Below, piece by piece: positions 58,063-64,000 of a stretch of 64,000 nucleotides of DNA (position 1 is the first letter of the stretch; each line of letters begins with the position of its first letter). This DNA is from Trichoplax adhaerens. Its lineage: Eukaryota > Animalia > Placozoa. Where the stretch lies: assembly GCF_000150275.1 (NCBI RefSeq), contig NW_002060946.1, forward strand, positions 987,562 to 1,051,561. The letters are read 5' to 3'. The notes under the pieces were generated by a model, which was not told where the DNA came from, made no database searches, and worked only from the letters and a program-made list of their open reading frames with translations. A program made the position numbers and the translations under genes.

Positions 58063-58369
58063 GTAAGTAAAAGACTACTTTGATGCAAATAAATTGACAT
58101 TCAACAACGTTAGGCGGTAAAATTGTAATGATAGTCAAGATTGTAAAGGATTGGATAAATTACTTGTTGACAATATCGAAACGACGGAGTTTTACAATTT
58201 TTTGTTACCCCTTTTGAATTGTACGGTACTATACAGTACTGGCTTATTGAAACATTTCCTTTTTAACTCTTTCTTTCGTTACCTATTGATATTGATGGTG
58301 GCGGTTAATTTATACCGGCAGGAGGAAATTAGAAAGCGTAATCGTTTCATTTTACTTAACTTATCATAG
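58063..58369 (+). other. Probable 5'-UTR intron of SoxB1
   Basis: Consensus donor AAG|GTAAGT at 58063; CTTAAC branch-like site and TTATCATAG acceptor ending 58369, 173 nt before the ATG. Confidence 0.6.
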
Positions 58370-58527
58370 AGGATCGATTAAAAAAAAAAAGCGTACACTC
58401 AAGAAGAAAGGAGAAATCAATCCTGTGTATAGGACATCTAACTTACAAAGAATTTATCACCTGTAATTTATACGACAACAAATTTTTAAGTAATAAAGTA
58501 CAAACGAAAAATTCGTTGCAAAACTAG

Positions 58528-59490
<963 letters not shown>

Positions 59491-62400
59491 ATAATACGAT
59501 CACGACAAGGGAGAGGAGGTGAAAGGAAGAATTTGTCAGTTGTATGACTTTGCGGTATTTCCAATTTTTGTTATAGTTATACTCTTCTGGTCACAATCGA
59601 AATACTTATGAAAACGAATATTGTTACGATGCCATTGCTCTTCTTTTTTCACTTGCAATGCACGTCAATGACCCCCGTTAACTAACTACTGTACGATAGA
59701 ATGATTTAGCGTGTGTGTTAATACACCAACCATTACCGTTGATTAAATTAAACTTGTACCAATGTTTTGAAATCAACTACGCTCAACGTATACTCTGGTA
59801 GTGATTTGATCTTCTTTTCCCATTCCTTTCTCTCTCGCTTGTAATGAATTCGCAAGCATTTTTGTAGTATTACCGTATAATGGTTATCTTCCATTTACCC
59901 ACCCGTAGTCTCTAGAATATTCAGGAGTTCGGGTCACCGAGGAGACATTTTCTCCGCGAATTTTTTATGTATTGTACAGTACTTTGGTGTATGGACATTA
60001 TACACGTACATCCATCATGGTGCTTTGTTGTGATTTTAACTGTAAGAATATTTTATCGTCCATAGTACAGCTATAGTACTGTAGTCGATTTCTGTTGTAG
60101 GTGAGAGCCTAAGATCACTGAAGTGGTCTTTATCTTTCTTTCGACTGTAAGTTGTTTCTTTTCCCACTGTACTTTTTATAAAAAACAATTGCCACTGGAA
60201 GGTACTTTTTAAAATAATTATAATTATTTCATACTTGTTAACTATTTCCCCGAACTTAGTTCTATTTGATCGGATTTGGAAAATATGAGCTAGAAGAATA
60301 CTTATTCAGTTTGTCTTTCCACTCTCTCCTATTCTGCCGAACGAACGATCTGATTGATAATATATTTGCTCCTATTTGTTACTGCATTACTGTAAGGAGA
60401 TGAAAAGTATCATTTGTTGTACATGTATACTGGAAATCAACTCTTGCTTGATTTCGTGTCTAAGTACCTAATTGACGCTCTCCGTATTACACAAACTAAG
60501 TGTTATTTGTACAACAGCTTGCGGGATTGTTTCCTTTCCAAAAAGGGCTTGTTGTCTTGTGATATGTCATTTCTCTGAAAAATATTCCTATCAATTTTTG
60601 TTGTAGTACTGTCTTCAAATATTATTCTTTCTTTTCATGAACTTGTTTTTATTACCCATCGTCATCAACCTGTAAACTTAGACTACGTGAGTATAGTATA
60701 TAATATTTATATACTAATGACGTATATAGTATTACTAGCAGACTGTATTGGTATTAATTTAATGTACATTCCTTCTAATTTATTTATTGCAAAACTTCTT
60801 TTAATATACATTTGACATACGTACATTTATTATAATGTAAAATTGGTCGAAAGATGTGTTTCTATTCCTCTACTTCCTTCAGCATCTTGATTTCGTGTAA
60901 TGATTGATTTATATCAATGTGTGCAAATGCTTGAGAAATAATGTTGAAAGACAGAGATAGCCATTGCACTGCCATCCAGACAATAGAAATTCTCTGTTAT
61001 GCATGAGATAACAGAAAATGGAGGATTACACGTTCGACCAAACTTCGATCATTATCAACAAGAGAAATTGACAACTTATCAATCGTCAAGCGATATATAT
61101 TGGTGGTACCTATGCAGTTCGAGTGTAATACATTGAGAGAATAAGAATTTTTCTGGTAATAGCTAATGTCGATGTGAATTTTCATGACCTCTTTAAACTA
61201 TTATTAAATAAACTGCTGTCAGTTCAGTATTCGCAATGACTATTCAGTAAAAAGTAATGCAGTAATGCAATCTCCATTAAACATATTTTATTATCTTGTA
61301 TCTTGATTTTCTTGTTGTGAACATGCAGTGCTCGACTATAAACGTAACGTTTCATATCAAGTATCGTGCAGGTGCGCTGCTCTGGAATCATCCAAATATA
61401 CACTACGACACAGCTCTATAAGCTTGAACAAAGCTATTGATGAGTTCGAGTAGAATTGACAAGATTCATTTAGTAAATATATACTGAACTATAACGTATA
61501 CTCATACAGTACTATACTATGCTAGACAGTCATGAGAAGGTATTTATTTATTTTTAAACAGTATCATCATCCAATTATCTTGGTTGATAATGCTACTGCT
61601 TTAAACGATATACATACAGTACAGTGTAACTAGAACGTTTTAGCCTCTAAAAGTCGTCACTAACTCCACCAAGTTGTAACGTACAAGGAAGTCACGACTT
61701 TAACCCTTTTAACTATTAAAACTACATATTGTATTGCTATTTTGAATGCTATTTGTTATCATATCTTCTCTTAAGTTCAATGTTTGTTTTGAGCGAATTT
61801 ACTGGGCAATGTTGAGCACAGTGCTTCATCCTCTATCGTAACTACAGTTTGCAATAGTTTACACCTTGTTCACGTAACGTTGATGATATCTACTCCTATC
61901 GGGAATGTACCGATCTAAGAACGCCAGTTTCTCAATAAGATCGCATGAATACCTACATTGCTATACCATAACATTGTAGTTATAGTACCAATAAAAAATA
62001 TTTTTATTTTAACCATGATGGGATACTGTACTGCATGCCTGTATTATGAATCTTTTGTGATAGAGGATAGAAATCTGGTCACGACCGTAGTACGTATTTA
62101 TTGTTGTTCACCAAATTGATCCGTGTATGCCTTTCGGCGAAAGTAATCGAAATACTCTATAGTTTACAGTATAGTGGTAAAATTATGCTAACAACTTTTA
62201 AGCTCGTCGGAGTTGTAAGATTCGATACCGTTGATTAATGACATTGCCATTAATATGTAGTGTACTTCTTATTTAATGGAGTAAAACAATATATACTATA
62301 CAGTGAAGTAGCCATCAAAAAGAAAGAAAAAAGAAAGTCATACAGTACAGTACATACCGTAACACAATACATATTGTCTGTATGCTGTACACTGTACAAT

Positions 62401-64000
62401 GCGACAGCAATCTTCTAAGTCCTAATTACCATACAGTACCATGTAATGCATACAGTAGTCTCTTTTCGATTACAATTGCTAACACTATATCGGTAATAAA
62501 AAGTCGCAATAACGACCGTATTGACTTTTAACCCTGTATCTACAGTACACTGTACTGTAGTCTAAGAAAGGGGAAAAAAAAAAAAAACTTTTTTCTTGGC
62601 CATTATGGCGTACTGAAGTTGGCGTTTTTGCAGACAGGAATTTTTATACTTGTCTTTTATGAGCACTTTGCCAATCGTTAACAACGATAAACATTTCCCT
62701 TTTTTTCTCTCCCTCTTTTGACTACAATAGCATAGAACGTGAAGTCACGGTAAAATACAACATTGCATCAGTACAACACATAGTATGGCGCTGTACAGGA
62801 CTGCAATGTCTACTGAACAGTGTCATCAAAAAAACGAAACCATTGTAGCAGCTGTTCACTTTTTGACCAAACATCACAAAAGGTCGGAGATGAAAATCTT
62901 TTCATTCGTAATTTCGACATCAGTGCTACACGCTGTTGGGTATAGACCTTAGTAAAGAATCAGTAATCATAATATTTCATTTCTTTTGGCTAATTGAAAC
63001 GGCACAGCCAACCTCAGTACTGTATACTCTCTTGAAAGAGTGCAAATTGTGCATGGTGCTGGATGTTGTTGACTAAAAATGAAAAATTCAATCCCTAGAT
63101 TTACGCTATGTGGTATAAGTAAGATCTCAAAGCTAACTTTTTAATGATGCGACTTAGTAAGCGAAACGTCGGTCAATACGATCCGTGTCATAGACTGGTT
63201 ACAGCGCTATGCTACGATATATAATCATAAATAAAAATGCTATTGCATACTTTTTACCATGCTTTTACTCCAGTTCTCTTCAACGACTCTGCATGACAAG
63301 TGTACGGTACTATGCTGTCGTGATACCATTTAAAGTCTATCATGGAAATTATTGTAATTGCTATTCTCGATGCCGGCCGGCCAAATTCGAAACCAAGTGT
63401 GCAACATATAGACGAGTATGCACAGCGAATTTGAATACTATTGCACCCTGATTGCAATGGATTTATACTGGTAATCAGGCCTCTAAAATAGACTGAATAA
63501 TCTGTACAACTCGTTATTAATTCAGAAATAAATATCAAGAATACTATGTGCTCTACTGTCAAGCAGAATACGCATACAACAGTATTACAACACTCAAAGC
63601 GCAATATCATTGCATGCGATATTAGCAAGCCAAAAATACAATAGTAGATAATTTATTAAAATTAAAATTAATAAAATAAATGAAGGATAAAATGTTGAAC
63701 ACCAGGTCTTAATTAATAGCAACAACTGGAGCAAGAACATATAGTGCGCGTGGATAACGATAGAACGGCAAGATGAAGTAAAGCTAAATCATTGAATTCT
63801 ATCTGGCCAAGAACAGCATTTACTGAATTATAATTACTTAATAATCACCAGTATTAAACACAAAACAACATACGCCTGTAGAAAGTTAGAGATTACATTA
63901 ATACAATTAACCAATTATTTATCTCTGGTTTTGATATTGCATCAAAATGAAGTACTATATGTAGCTGTTGTATTCAAAGAAAGAACATTAACGGTATATT

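Overview
AT-rich eukaryotic (animal) genomic DNA with short spliceosomal introns. Style and gene content suggest a compact non-bilaterian genome, probably a placozoan such as Trichoplax (inference, not proven). Six protein-coding genes can be built from the sequence: LTO1/ORAOV1 (-), a KAT6A/B (MOZ/MORF) histone acetyltransferase (+), a Q50 paired-class Arx/aristaless-like homeobox gene (+), NKAP (-), a multi-exon RasGAP missed by the ORF track (+), and SoxB1 (+). The two developmental transcription factors sit behind long non-coding tracts. Highlights: (1) the RasGAP resembles the fungal Gap1/Sar1 type (IQGAP-related, but with an intact arginine finger and FLR motif) rather than the familiar animal RasGAPs; (2) it contains an apparent U12-type AT-AC intron; (3) blocks of about 400 bp built from a near-palindromic TACAGTAC/GTACTGTA motif, one with clear terminal inverted repeats, lie beside the promoters. 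No rRNA, tRNA, CRISPR array or transposase was recognised. Family assignments rest on recalled motifs; no searches were run.
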